A program made the translations under genes and the position numbers. 64,000 bases of DNA, from NCBI GenBank assembly GCA_003353785.1, contig PIVX01000005.1, forward strand, positions 30,854-94,853, given 5' to 3'. This document shows positions 9,943 to 20,714 of the stretch, in pieces; position 1 is the stretch's first letter, and the number at the start of each line of letters is the position of its first letter. The stretch is from Gammaproteobacteria bacterium. GTDB lineage: Bacteria > Pseudomonadota > Gammaproteobacteria > PIVX01. The notes beneath the pieces are model-generated. The model was given only the letters and a program-made list of their open reading frames with translations, had not been told where the DNA came from and made no database searches.

Positions 9943-10120
9943 TAGTATTATCTGGGTTATCTTGTTTTTTTAAAAATTGTATATATTATCGTCTATGAAT
10001 GCAATATATGTGAATGTTTTTATAAAACAATTATGATTTTTCAGCATAACTTACTATATAGTCTAAGATCAAAAAATAAAATCTTACAGAATTTTTCCTA
10101 ATATAACACGGTTTATTATT

Positions 10121-11323
10121 ATGTATGACTCAAAAAATTCTTTTCGATGGTTAAATGAACAAAAACAAAGCATGATGGATTTACTAATCAAGCTTGCTGA
10201 TCAAAATTCTGGAACTAAAAATGCTCGTGGTATGGGTTTGGTGGCAAATATCATTAAAGAAAAATTAGTAGAACTAGGAGCCGATATTGTTCAGCAAAAA
10301 TTACCTGGATATACCGATATAGATCTGCATGGGATAAAGTCTAATATTGAGGTATATGATTTTATTGTTGCTACTAAAAGAGAAAAATCTGATAGATCTC
10401 TATTATTAGGAGGACATTTAGATACTGTGTATGAAAAGAATGAAAAAAAAGTAGCAGTAGAAGGAGATTATCTAATTGGTCCAGGAGTCGCCGATATGAA
10501 AGGTGGGCTTGTTGTCATGCTATATGCTCTACAAGCTTTTGAAAAGCTGAACATCAAAAATAAAATAGGATGGCAAATCTTCTTAGACTCAGATGAAGAG
10601 ATTGGTTCCATTGGTTCAAAGCAAGAGTTAACTAAATTAGCGAAAAAACATCAGTTAGCATTTATTTTTGAGCCGGCAATTAATTTACGAGGAGATATAT
10701 CAGGCAATAGAATGGGGAGTGGTAAATTTACTATTGTGGTTGTTGGTAAATCCGCGCATGTTGGTCGGGATTTTAATAATGGTAAAAACGCCATTATAAT
10801 GCTTGCCGCTATAGTTCAAAAAATACATAATTGGAATAGTCTAGCAAAAGATATTATTATTAATGTAGGAAAAATTTTTGGTGGAGATGCTGTTAATAAG
10901 ATTCCAGATCTTGCTGTTGCAAAAATTGATGTTAGATTTTCAAATAAAGATATAGCAGATTGGTTTAAGAACAAGATTAATTCTTTAATAAAAGAGTTTG
11001 ATCAGAGCTTAGGATATTCTGTGCAATTATATGGTAAATTTACTAGACCAGTAAAAAAATTAACTGATAAAGCAAAAGAAGTTAGTGCTAAAGTACAACA
11101 AATTGCTAATTCTTTAAATCAACATATTGATGTAGTTGATACTGGTGGATGTTGTGATGGCAATAATTTAGCTGAATTTGGCTGTATAACAATAGATACG
11201 CTTGGTGTGTTGGGAGATAATATTCATAGTAGTAGTGAGAGAATGTTAATAGATAGTCTTGTGTCAAGATCTCAACTAGTTCTAGAATTAATGCTTAATT
11301 ATCAGCAAGGAAAATTATTATAA
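10121..11323 (+). CDS. M20-family metallohydrolase (probable succinylglutamate desuccinylase of the AST operon)
   Basis: GHLDTV, GVADMKGG, DEEIGS, FEP, GGCCDGN, IHS motifs. First gene of the astA-astD operon. Confidence 0.85.
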   Translation: MYDSKNSFRWLNEQKQSMMDLLIKLADQNSGTKNARGMGLVANIIKEKLVELGADIVQQKLPGYTDIDLHGIKSNIEVYDFIVATKREKSDRSLLLGGHLDTVYEKNEKKVAVEGDYLIGPGVADMKGGLVVMLYALQAFEKLNIKNKIGWQIFLDSDEEIGSIGSKQELTKLAKKHQLAFIFEPAINLRGDISGNRMGSGKFTIVVVGKSAHVGRDFNNGKNAIIMLAAIVQKIHNWNSLAKDIIINVGKIFGGDAVNKIPDLAVAKIDVRFSNKDIADWFKNKINSLIKEFDQSLGYSVQLYGKFTRPVKKLTDKAKEVSAKVQQIANSLNQHIDVVDTGGCCDGNNLAEFGCITIDTLGVLGDNIHSSSERMLIDSLVSRSQLVLELMLNYQQGKLL

Positions 11324-12339
11324 TGTCTAACTTTATGTTTAGAACAGTAAAGATGGATGATCTAGATGATGTATTTGAACTGATAAAATCTAATAGTGGT
11401 GGAATGAGCTCCTTATTGTCATCAAAAGGAAATATAAAAAGACAAATAAAAAGATCTACTAGTTCTTTTAAAAAGAAAACTGATTTTCTTGAGAATGAAA
11501 AATATTTGTTTGTTTTGGAAGAACTTGACTTACGTAAAATAATTGGAATATCTGGGATTGAGGCGGTTGTGGGATGTGAACATCCTTTTTATGTATACAA
11601 AATTGATAGGGAACATGTGCTTAATAGTCAGCTTAATTTAGCATATGATAGGGAAACCATATCGTTAGTAAACGACTATACAAACGTTTCAGAACTATGT
11701 AGTTTGTTTTTAGATCGTAATTATCGTAAATTTGGCTTGGGATCATATTTATCAAGAATTCGGTTTTTATTTATAAGAATATTTCCAGAGAGATTCTTTA
11801 ATAAGGTAGTTGCTGATCTTCGTGGAGTAATTGATGCTGATGGAGGTTCTCCATTTTGGCAGAGTCTGGGGAAAAAATTTTTTGATATAGAATATAACGA
11901 AGCAATACAAAAAATTTCTTCAGCTAATTATTATCCATTAGCTGATATATTGCCAAAACATCCAATATATCTAAATTTTCTTTCGAAAGAGGCTATTAAT
12001 GTGATAGGTAAAACGCATATTAATACTAAACCTGTACTAGATATTTTGAGTTCTGAAGGGTTCACCTACTATAATTATGTCAATGTATTTGATGCTGGTC
12101 CGATTGTTGAATGTCAGAAAAATAAAATTAAAACTATTAAAAAGGTAAAAGAATGTTATGTTACGGGTCAAAAAGATAAATTGACTACCGACAAAAAAAA
12201 ATTAGTTGCTAACATGCGGTTAGACTTTAAAGCAATGTTATCAAATGTGGACTTTATTAATAATAAAGAAGTTATATTACCAAAAAAAATTTTAAAGGCA
12301 ATGCAGTTAAAAATAGGTGATCAAATATTAATTTTATAA
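11323..12339 (+). CDS. astA: Arginine N-succinyltransferase
   Basis: YLFVLE, ELCSLFL, LSRIRFLFI, LRG..SPFWQSLG..FF, PIY, FDAGP. Confidence 0.92.
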   Translation: MSNFMFRTVKMDDLDDVFELIKSNSGGMSSLLSSKGNIKRQIKRSTSSFKKKTDFLENEKYLFVLEELDLRKIIGISGIEAVVGCEHPFYVYKIDREHVLNSQLNLAYDRETISLVNDYTNVSELCSLFLDRNYRKFGLGSYLSRIRFLFIRIFPERFFNKVVADLRGVIDADGGSPFWQSLGKKFFDIEYNEAIQKISSANYYPLADILPKHPIYLNFLSKEAINVIGKTHINTKPVLDILSSEGFTYYNYVNVFDAGPIVECQKNKIKTIKKVKECYVTGQKDKLTTDKKKLVANMRLDFKAMLSNVDFINNKEVILPKKILKAMQLKIGDQILIL

Positions 12340-12345
12340 ATATCT

Positions 12346-13800
12346 ATGTTAGAAAAATATGCTAATTTAATTAATGGAGAGTGGTTACAAGGATCAGGTA
12401 GAACTTTGGTATCAGATAGCCCTGCAAATAATAAAAAGCTATGGCAAGGCAATATGGTTAACACTGATGAACTTGGATATGCTATTAAGAGTTGTCAACA
12501 GGCTTTCAAACATTGGTGTATGTTTGATATAAAAGATAGGATCAGGATCCTAAAAAAATTTCAGGATAAACTAAAAAATAATTTAAAAAAACTTGCTCTA
12601 ACAATTTCCATGGAAAATGGAAAACCTTTATGGGAAGCTATATCAGAAGTAAATTCTGTGATCAGTAAAATCGATATTTCTATTGAAGCACATTTTTCAA
12701 GATGTGTAGAACTAGATAATATTCATAATAATTGCAAATCTGTTATTAACTATAAGCCGATAGGAATTTTTGCGGTGCTAGGTCCATTTAACTTTCCTGC
12801 TCACCTTCCTTTTGGACATATCATTCCTGCAATATTGGCAGGTAACTGTGTAGTATTTAAACCGAGTGAACTAACTCCTCTTGTTGCTAAATATTTCATT
12901 GAATATTTAGCAAATTCAGGATTACCAGCGGGGGTTGTTAACCTGATCCAGGGTGATCATAAAATTGGAGAAAGTTTAGTATGTAGCGAAGTGAATGGTG
13001 TTTTATTTACTGGGGGTTATGAGACAGGAAAGAAGATCCATAAGTTAAATGCAGGTCAACCTTGGAAGGTGTTAGCTTTAGAGATGGGAGGTAATAATCC
13101 TTTGGTAATTAGTAAAGCAAAAGACTTATTGATGGCAGCAGATGTTACCTTAATATCAGCTTTTATCTCATCTGGACAAAGGTGTAGTTGTGCAAGAAGA
13201 GTAATTCTAACCAGTGACGTAGATCAGCCGAAATTTATTTCAATATTAACTGATAAAATAAAGCAGATCAGGATAGGAACATACGATCAGAGTCCTGAAC
13301 CATTTATGGGGCCATTAATAAATCAGCAGGCAGTTAAGGGAGTTATTGGTTATCTTGATAAGTTAGTAGGTCTTGGTGCTAGTGTGTTATTAGCAGGAAA
13401 TGTTAGTCAAAAAAATCCGACAATTATCACTCCTAGTATTGTAGATGTTTCCAAAATTAATATTCCTGATCATGAATGTTTTGGGCCAATCTTACAAGTT
13501 ATTAGAGTGGCTGATCTAGACGATGCAATTATTGAAGCTAATAATACAAAATATGGTTTAGCATCTAGTATCCTGACTGATGATCAGGATGAATTTATCA
13601 AGTTTAGGGATAGAATAAATGCAGGAATTGTAAATTGGAATATGCCAACTACAGGAGCATTATCAAGAGCACCTTTTGGTGGTATTGGTAAGAGTGGTAA
13701 TTTTAGACCAGGAGCATATTTTGCTGCTGACTATTGTTCATATCCATTTGCTGGTATGTATACAATGGATAAATTCACTCATAGTTTTCCAGGAATTTAG
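12346..13800 (+). CDS. astD: Succinylglutamate-semialdehyde dehydrogenase
   Basis: GPFNFPAHLP.GHIIPA, LALEMGGNNP, SGQRCSCARR, SGNFRPGAYFAADYC. Confidence 0.93.
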   Translation: MLEKYANLINGEWLQGSGRTLVSDSPANNKKLWQGNMVNTDELGYAIKSCQQAFKHWCMFDIKDRIRILKKFQDKLKNNLKKLALTISMENGKPLWEAISEVNSVISKIDISIEAHFSRCVELDNIHNNCKSVINYKPIGIFAVLGPFNFPAHLPFGHIIPAILAGNCVVFKPSELTPLVAKYFIEYLANSGLPAGVVNLIQGDHKIGESLVCSEVNGVLFTGGYETGKKIHKLNAGQPWKVLALEMGGNNPLVISKAKDLLMAADVTLISAFISSGQRCSCARRVILTSDVDQPKFISILTDKIKQIRIGTYDQSPEPFMGPLINQQAVKGVIGYLDKLVGLGASVLLAGNVSQKNPTIITPSIVDVSKINIPDHECFGPILQVIRVADLDDAIIEANNTKYGLASSILTDDQDEFIKFRDRINAGIVNWNMPTTGALSRAPFGGIGKSGNFRPGAYFAADYCSYPFAGMYTMDKFTHSFPGI

Positions 13801-13808
13801 TTATAGCT

Positions 13809-14876
13809 ATGAAAAATTGGACAACATATAAAAACAAATTTATAGATTTACTTTGTCCGGCTGGAGATGGGGTCTATGCTGTAACATCTAAAGCATCAAT
13901 AAAAAATTCTTTACAGGGTAAAATATATGGAGTACCTCCAAAGCATGTTGAAGATAAATGGCAGGAAAATTTAGCTAGCCCACCGACTGGTCTTTGTATC
14001 TTAGGAGTTTCATCAGATTGTGGAGGAGGAATTTTAAGAGGTGCTAATTGGGGGCCTTTGTATTTACGTCAGGAGTTGTATTCTTCACAAACAGATTTAT
14101 ATGATCTTGGCGATGTTAGAGTGATCCCTCAGTTGTTGCTGGATGACTATCTAAATATTGACACAATTAAGCAATGTAGAAAATCTTTATATTTAAATGA
14201 AAATTCAGAGTATCCAGTTAGTCCCCTCTCAATCACTGAGAAAGTGCAAGAGCTCTTATATGAGTATGATAACTCTTTAAAAATATTAGCTCTTGGTGGA
14301 GATCATTCTATAAGTTATCCATTAGTAAAAAGTTATTTACAGTATAAAAAATTAGCTAGTACTGATGTTGCTATTGTTCATTTTGATGCTCATACTGATT
14401 TACTGGAGTCTAGATTAGGCTTGCCAATAACTTTTGGCTCCTGGGTTTACCATGTATTACCATATATATTGAATGATCGCTTCATTCAGATTGGTATTCG
14501 AGCATCTGGACATCCTAAATCATATTGGGAAGAAAAATATGGAATTAAACAATTTTGGTCTGATGAAATAATAAATAATAAAGTTAATAATAGACATATT
14601 ATTAGTTACTTAAAAGAACAGAATGTAAATGAAATATATATATCATTTGATATTGATGTGATCGATGAGAAATTCGTATCGGCAACTGGGACTGCTGAAC
14701 CAAATGGTTTATATCCAGATATTGCTTATCAATTGTTAGAAGATCTTATTAGTAATTTTAAATTAACAGGTGCTGATCTTGTAGAGGTTGCTCCTTTAAT
14801 TAAGGTTAGTAATAATGATCAAACCATGCAGGTTGCTAAAGAAATAATGAATATACTCTGTCACGGGATGTTTTGA
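13809..14876 (+). CDS. Arginase/agmatinase-family ureohydrolase
   Basis: Intact Mn-binding motifs GGDHS, DAHTD and SFDIDVID, plus GT.EPNG and DLVEVAP. Starts 8 nt after astD. Confidence 0.9.
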   Translation: MKNWTTYKNKFIDLLCPAGDGVYAVTSKASIKNSLQGKIYGVPPKHVEDKWQENLASPPTGLCILGVSSDCGGGILRGANWGPLYLRQELYSSQTDLYDLGDVRVIPQLLLDDYLNIDTIKQCRKSLYLNENSEYPVSPLSITEKVQELLYEYDNSLKILALGGDHSISYPLVKSYLQYKKLASTDVAIVHFDAHTDLLESRLGLPITFGSWVYHVLPYILNDRFIQIGIRASGHPKSYWEEKYGIKQFWSDEIINNKVNNRHIISYLKEQNVNEIYISFDIDVIDEKFVSATGTAEPNGLYPDIAYQLLEDLISNFKLTGADLVEVAPLIKVSNNDQTMQVAKEIMNILCHGMF

Positions 14877-14895
14877 GGTTAATAAAGGAGCTTTA

Positions 14896-15621
14896 TTGGA
14901 TAGAGGAGAGATTTTAACAAAGTATACTCTTTTTAAGTGCCTATTATTTATTAGTGTTGGAAGCATATGGTTCGGGTATATTTATTATTCTAATAGCTAT
15001 CAGATCGATTCTGAACTTTTACGTGAGCCAATTCAAAGTATCTATGCTAAGAAAAGGATGACTTCTGCTGTTTTAGGTGAAAAAAATTTAGATATTGAGT
15101 TTATTAGTAGTTTTACTTTATGGGGAATAATTGTCTCAATATCAAATCAAGCTCTAATTGATAAGAGTGGATTAATAAATTTATGCTTGCTATGGGGGGA
15201 GAACATATCATTATATCAACAAGGAAATTATAGTTGTTGGCATGAAAATGGTAGATGTATGTTAGAGATTAAACAAGGGGATAGTAATAAATTTATGATT
15301 AAAAATTTTTCTAATAATCATGTTTTACTTCCAAGCAAAGGCTTGCAGAATAAAGCAAGTGCATTGAATATTGGAGATCAAATTAAGATCACAGGAGATT
15401 TAGTGAATATTAAAAATAAAGGAGCAAAAGATTGGCTTAATACTAGTACTATAAGAGACGACATAGGTGATGGGGCTTGTGAAGTCATCTTGGCTAAGAA
15501 AATAGAAATTTTAGTTAGCAATAAAAATTCAAATAATATATTAATACACATCATTTTTTTATTAGTTTTATGTGGTTTAATTATGTTAGATCAACCAAAT
15601 AGCTTATTATTGAAAAATTAA
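14896..15621 (+). CDS. Conserved hypothetical membrane protein (N- and C-terminal TM)
   Basis: Contains the recurring 'SNNH...IGDQIKITGDLV...TSTIRDDIGDGACEVI' pattern. Function unknown. Confidence 0.6.
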   Translation: MDRGEILTKYTLFKCLLFISVGSIWFGYIYYSNSYQIDSELLREPIQSIYAKKRMTSAVLGEKNLDIEFISSFTLWGIIVSISNQALIDKSGLINLCLLWGENISLYQQGNYSCWHENGRCMLEIKQGDSNKFMIKNFSNNHVLLPSKGLQNKASALNIGDQIKITGDLVNIKNKGAKDWLNTSTIRDDIGDGACEVILAKKIEILVSNKNSNNILIHIIFLLVLCGLIMLDQPNSLLLKN

Positions 15622-15885
15622 ATCCAAATTTTTTTTACAATATGGAAAAACTAAAATAATATTTTAATTAGATAAAGATATTAGGATATTAATCAATTAG
15701 AGAATCATTTTCAGATGAATATAGCAGATGAGGTATTCGATAATTTAATAGGAGAGGAAAATATTAAAAAAATAATCTTGATACTTAGTCTAATTAATAT
15801 AACTTTACTGATGTTGTCGTAAATATTTTAACTAATACAGAGGCTCTCCATATTAATTTATTGTATTTTATAAAGCAAATTTTAG

Positions 15886-16602
15886 TTATAAACTAAACTT
15901 AGCTTCTTTCCCACTTTCATAAAACATTTTTACTGTATCCAAAGAATATTCTTTAAGATCATATCCAATCATCGATATCTTTTTATAAATACTATGAGTA
16001 ATTGTAATTGCCTGGCAACCAATGCTATCTGCTTGAAAAATGTTTAACAGCTCTCTAGAACTAGCCCATATTAATTCTGCGTCCGGGTTCTGCTTAAGTA
16101 GCTGAACTGTTTGACTCATAATTGGCATTGGATCTATACCAGTATCAGCTATCCTGCCAGCAAATATGGAAACATAACTAGGAACACCGACGGTCAAACT
16201 ACCAATTATCTCTTCAACTTGTTCTAAAGTTAATATAGCTGTAATATTAACTTTAATATTTTGCTGAGTTAACGACTTTATTAATTTACAAAGAGATTTT
16301 CCTTTAGTATTTGTAATAGGTATTTTTACATATACATTATCACCCCATGCACTAATAATTTTTGCTTGCTTTTCCATTTCATCTATTTCATCACTAAAAA
16401 CTTCAAAAGAAATTGTTTTATCATTAATTTTAGCGAGGCTTTCTTTAGCAAATTTTGTGTAATCAGTAATACCAGATGCTGCCATTAAAGTAGGGTTAGT
16501 GGTAAATCCGTGAATATATGGCTTGTCTTGAGCCTCAATTATATTGTGCTCATCAGCACTATCTAGAAGAATCTTTGTTTGTATCTTTTCTATTTTATTC
16601 AT
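15886..16602 (-). CDS. tal: Transaldolase (short type, glycan-cluster associated)
   Basis: GFTTNPTL, VYVKIP (Schiff-base Lys), NITA, SIFAGRIAD. Confidence 0.9.
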   Translation of the reverse strand: MNKIEKIQTKILLDSADEHNIIEAQDKPYIHGFTTNPTLMAASGITDYTKFAKESLAKINDKTISFEVFSDEIDEMEKQAKIISAWGDNVYVKIPITNTKGKSLCKLIKSLTQQNIKVNITAILTLEQVEEIIGSLTVGVPSYVSIFAGRIADTGIDPMPIMSQTVQLLKQNPDAELIWASSRELLNIFQADSIGCQAITITHSIYKKISMIGYDLKEYSLDTVKMFYESGKEAKFSL

Positions 16603-17141
16603 ATGGTTTTATGCCTCTTTTTAATCCAAGTTGCTGCTGCATATAAATCATCACATTTATATGTGTATTCAGCATCTGTTGGTTGTTTCTCACTATAATT
16701 ATAATCAATAAAGATATTTGTGCATTTTGCAGTATATCCAGCATGAATATCTCCCCATCTATCACCTATCATATAACTTTTCTCTAAATCTAAATTTAAT
16801 TCTTCTGATGCAGTATATAACATACCTGGCTTGGGTTTGCGACAATTACAATTATTTTCATTGTCATGGAAACATACGTATATTTTATCTAGAGGTAATA
16901 CTTCCTCTAAATATTTGTTTATTTTAATTACATTGGATTCTAGTTGTTTACCACGGGCAACATCAGGTTGATTGGTAACTACTATTAATTTAAAAGATAA
17001 TTTCTTTAAAATACTAAGTGCCTCAGGTACTTTCGGTAAAATATATAAATCTTCGAGAGTAGAGGGGGGGCAAGGCTTTTTTTCTATTACAAAAGATTTG
17101 TTCAATACGCCATCTCTATCTAAAAATATAGCTCTATTCAT
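16599..17141 (-). CDS. HAD-IIIA sugar phosphatase, GmhB-like
   Basis: FLDRDGVLN, VTNQPD, C.H...C.CRKPKPGM, MIGDRWGD. Confidence 0.88.
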   Translation of the reverse strand: MNRAIFLDRDGVLNKSFVIEKKPCPPSTLEDLYILPKVPEALSILKKLSFKLIVVTNQPDVARGKQLESNVIKINKYLEEVLPLDKIYVCFHDNENNCNCRKPKPGMLYTASEELNLDLEKSYMIGDRWGDIHAGYTAKCTNIFIDYNYSEKQPTDAEYTYKCDDLYAAATWIKKRHKTI

Positions 17142-17301
17142 GCTTATCCGGTTTTTAATAAGTCTATTAGTTTAAAAAGTAGTTTATTATGTTCTACGCA
17201 AAAACCTTAATAGAACTTATATATTAGATATCCTGTTTTGTCAACTAGCTTCTATGCCAACATATTTGAGTATAACAGTAGTTTTGATAAGAAATACCCC
17301 A

Positions 17302-19206
17302 TTATTTAATGTAATATGTAGTCTTAAATCTTAGATAAAACTTGTTAATTATAATTACATACACTGCAAAGAAGATGCTTGCTTTTTCTGGGAAGAGACG
17401 AATTTTATATGGTAATAATCTAGCGTAGCAAATTATCTCATGCAGAAATACTTCCATAAGTATGTCCTCATCATAATTATCTACAATATATTCACATACA
17501 AATTTAAATAACTCTGTATACTGCAAACTTTTATTATCTGAAAAAAACAATCCGTTATTAGTCTCATTACAATTGCTTGTACTATTAAGAGCCTCATAGC
17601 CATAGTGTAACGACTGAAATAATTTGCCATAATCTAGCATTTTACTTGATAGAATATTGCCCTGATCAGCAGAATCTATTAGATACCAACCTTTTCGCAT
17701 TGTTATTATATTTTCTATAGTTAAATCACCATGAATTCTAGATAGTGTTTTAAACTTTATAACGTTTAATAATTTGTCTAAGTCTAATTCATTAAATATT
17801 TTACTTGGAGAATGAAATTTATCTCCATTAATAAATAAATCTTCTTGATCCCAATAGGTTGCAAATGCTTTACTGATTTTAGCATTATTATTAAATAATT
17901 TTTTTTGTAGATAATCGGTTATCAGTGCTTGAGATGCAGTACCTTGTACCTGAACATATAAATTTTGTTCTAGAGATGCTAAAATATCTTTCAAAAGATA
18001 TATATTCTTACTATTCGAGTTTGTATGCACATAATGATACATGCTAATAGCATCATCTACATATGGCATTTCATAAAAATAATATCCATCTCCAGAAGTT
18101 TGATTCAATATTTTTGCTACTGGCAATTTTTTTGCCTGTTCGTATAACCACGTATATTGATGGTTTAGGGTATTAATTTGTTCACCAAAAGCTATTTTCC
18201 TAATAAAAATTTCACCTTTTCTCTGCATTAAATATGTTTTAGCTCCAGATCCTCCTGAAATTTCACTAAGATTAATAGTAGATTTGTTTTTTTTCACATA
18301 ATTTAGAAATGACTCATTAATAGTCCCATAATAATAGTGGGTCAGGAAATCAGTATAATCTTCTTTCCTAGAGAAAAAACAATGAGGAGAATACTCTTTA
18401 CTACCACTAAAAATTACTGTGCTAGCATTTTGCAAAGTAGTAATAATTTTAAAAGGATTAGTTTTTTTCAAATAAATGTAAAATATCATGACTAACATTG
18501 GACAAACAATGTATAAAAGCATAATTAGATCTTGATAAGAATTAACCATTAAAAATGAATCAACAACAGTATAATCATATATCTGAGAAGTGATAGTCAA
18601 TGGGTTTATTTTTAACAAATATGACAAAATAACTAAAGAACCTATGTAGTTAAGCCACATGAATATAGAGATTATTATTAATTTGTAAACTTCAGGTTTT
18701 ATTAAATATGTTAGTATATTCTCTAGGTACCAAAAAAATTTTAAAATAAAAATTTTTATATCATCATTGAAAATATCTGCAAGTGATAAAATTATTTTTT
18801 TACTGTGTTTATTATACAAAGAAATAATAATTATAAAGGCTATTAAAAATAATGCGAGATATTTTAATGCTAACCACCCACTTAAATTAACTCCACAAAG
18901 AAAAAATATCAAACAAAATACTCCTAAGATGCAAATGTCTATTATTCTTTCTAAGAATAAGCTACTGAAAGTGAATGCTAAATCAAAATGTGCAGTTCTA
19001 CTGAATATGTATGCACGAAATATATCCCCAATTCTAAACATAAAAACTAAATTGGCAATATACCCAAACAATATAGATACTATATAGTTAGTATTTGACG
19101 TTTTCACATACCTTGATAAAATTATACTCCACCTGGATGCTCTCATTAAATGACCAAGCAACAGTAAACATACTGAACATATAAATAAGCTTATATTATA
19201 AATCAT
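17302..19206 (-). CDS. Fusion of a lysylphosphatidylglycerol-synthase-TM (UPF0104 flippase-like) domain and an APH/choline-kinase-like phosphotransferase
   Basis: N-terminal RASRW...N...RIGDIFRA...ERIID membrane domain. C-terminal GGSGAKT, HGDLTIENI and DYGKLFQS. Confidence 0.8.
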   Translation of the reverse strand: MIYNISLFICSVCLLLLGHLMRASRWSIILSRYVKTSNTNYIVSILFGYIANLVFMFRIGDIFRAYIFSRTAHFDLAFTFSSLFLERIIDICILGVFCLIFFLCGVNLSGWLALKYLALFLIAFIIIISLYNKHSKKIILSLADIFNDDIKIFILKFFWYLENILTYLIKPEVYKLIIISIFMWLNYIGSLVILSYLLKINPLTITSQIYDYTVVDSFLMVNSYQDLIMLLYIVCPMLVMIFYIYLKKTNPFKIITTLQNASTVIFSGSKEYSPHCFFSRKEDYTDFLTHYYYGTINESFLNYVKKNKSTINLSEISGGSGAKTYLMQRKGEIFIRKIAFGEQINTLNHQYTWLYEQAKKLPVAKILNQTSGDGYYFYEMPYVDDAISMYHYVHTNSNSKNIYLLKDILASLEQNLYVQVQGTASQALITDYLQKKLFNNNAKISKAFATYWDQEDLFINGDKFHSPSKIFNELDLDKLLNVIKFKTLSRIHGDLTIENIITMRKGWYLIDSADQGNILSSKMLDYGKLFQSLHYGYEALNSTSNCNETNNGLFFSDNKSLQYTELFKFVCEYIVDNYDEDILMEVFLHEIICYARLLPYKIRLFPEKASIFFAVYVIIINKFYLRFKTTYYIK

Positions 19207-19921
19207 TTGGAAAGTTCTCGATTATTTGCGAAAACTCCTCTGGGGTGCCAAAAGAGAAATGTTTTTTCAGGTGAAAAGGAATTACTGCTAGATCATTTGC
19301 AATAATATCATTGTAAATTCTACTTATGTAATATTCATCATGTGAGTTATTATCTATATGTTTTTGGCTATATTTTAGAAAGATAGTCTTATTTGCAAAA
19401 TAATATGCTCCAGCAATTGCATAATTACTAATAACTTCTTTTTCTTTTGTCTCGATAAGTAAATTTTTATCATTATATTTAGCATATGAACAATTTGGCT
19501 TAGAGGATAAAAAATGCATTAAGATCCCTTCTACCTGACTATTGTTTTCTATAAAGTCTCCCAACTTTTCAGCTATAAAATAATGATCGCAATCATTAAT
19601 AATAACGGGATGTTCATTAGCTAATATTTTCACTCCTGCCTGCGCGGAAAATAGTGCTCCTGGTAAAATAGATTTTAATACCACAATTTTAGCTTCAGGA
19701 TAATATGAATATATTATTTGATCTATCTGATGCTTATCAATATGCTCCTGTTGCACAACAAAAACTAATTCTGCTACATCCAAACATGAAGTTAGCGATA
19801 AAGTAGAATAATACAAAAATGGTTTATTATGCAATTTAATAAGAGGTTTAGGAACATTGAATCCTTCTCGTTTGAACCTAATCCCTGCGCCAGCGGCTAA
19901 CATGACGATATTTACTTTCAT
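19196..19921 (-). CDS. Sugar nucleotidyltransferase-like protein
   Basis: LAAGAGIRFKREGFNVPKPLI, DCD, EK..IS..A..G.YYF, EYYIS, GTPEE. Confidence 0.85.
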   Translation of the reverse strand: MKVNIVMLAAGAGIRFKREGFNVPKPLIKLHNKPFLYYSTLSLTSCLDVAELVFVVQQEHIDKHQIDQIIYSYYPEAKIVVLKSILPGALFSAQAGVKILANEHPVIINDCDHYFIAEKLGDFIENNSQVEGILMHFLSSKPNCSYAKYNDKNLLIETKEKEVISNYAIAGAYYFANKTIFLKYSQKHIDNNSHDEYYISRIYNDIIANDLAVIPFHLKKHFSFGTPEEFSQIIENFPNDL

Positions 19922-19925
19922 TACT

Positions 19926-20714
19926 CTACTCTAACAAGGAAAAATTATATTCTGACCTTTTTATTGCTCTATGCTCGGATGCTATAAATTTTTTTCGATT
20001 AACAACATACTTTAATAATAGTATTAGCATGTTTAAGGCCTGACTAGTCATTTTAACATTAGATACTTGGTCATCCTCTCTCCAGGAAATAGGTACAAAT
20101 TTATACGGAAATTTATTGAATATAGTTCCTAATAGCATATAAGAATTAAAGGTTAAGTCATCGGAAAATTTAAAATAAAATTTATTACGAAGTATTTTTG
20201 TCGAATACAAATTTAACCCTGATCCCATATCATGAATTTTTCTAAAAGTAGCAAGTGAGAAAATCAAATTAAATATGTGATTGCCAAAAATCCGAAACCG
20301 AGAATAATTTATTAATAAAGAACCTTTAATAAATCTACTGCCAAAAATGCAGTCAAAATCACTATATTCTTTACTAGATAATATTCTTTTTAAATCATTA
20401 ACATCTGCTTGATTATCGCCATGTAGTATAGTTACATAATCAAAACCATTTTGAACACCATATTCAAAGGCAACCTTATGAGAACCACCAAGCCCATAGT
20501 TTTCATTATTTTTTAAGAGTAGATATTTACTATCTCCCATAACACGAATAATATCCAATGCTAGTTTTTCGGTATTATCAGTACTACGATTATCAATAAT
20601 AATTATTTTATCAACAAGCTTGTCTGTACCAGAATCTTTTAATTCTTTTATGACCTTTACTAGATGTTTACCACAATTATAGGCCGGAATAGAAATAAGT
20701 ATTTTTTTTTGCAT
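19926..20714 (-). CDS. GT2 polyprenol-phosphate glycosyltransferase (GtrB/DPM-like)
   Basis: IPAYN, IDNRSTD, NYGLGGSHK, HGDNQ, GSRF, DMGSG. Confidence 0.88.
   Translation of the reverse strand: MQKKILISIPAYNCGKHLVKVIKELKDSGTDKLVDKIIIIDNRSTDNTEKLALDIIRVMGDSKYLLLKNNENYGLGGSHKVAFEYGVQNGFDYVTILHGDNQADVNDLKRILSSKEYSDFDCIFGSRFIKGSLLINYSRFRIFGNHIFNLIFSLATFRKIHDMGSGLNLYSTKILRNKFYFKFSDDLTFNSYMLLGTIFNKFPYKFVPISWREDDQVSNVKMTSQALNMLILLLKYVVNRKKFIASEHRAIKRSEYNFSLLE

Noticed and set aside
15622-15885. Possible decayed gene fragment in the intergenic region
   Set aside because: Only short AT-rich frames, with no family recognisable.
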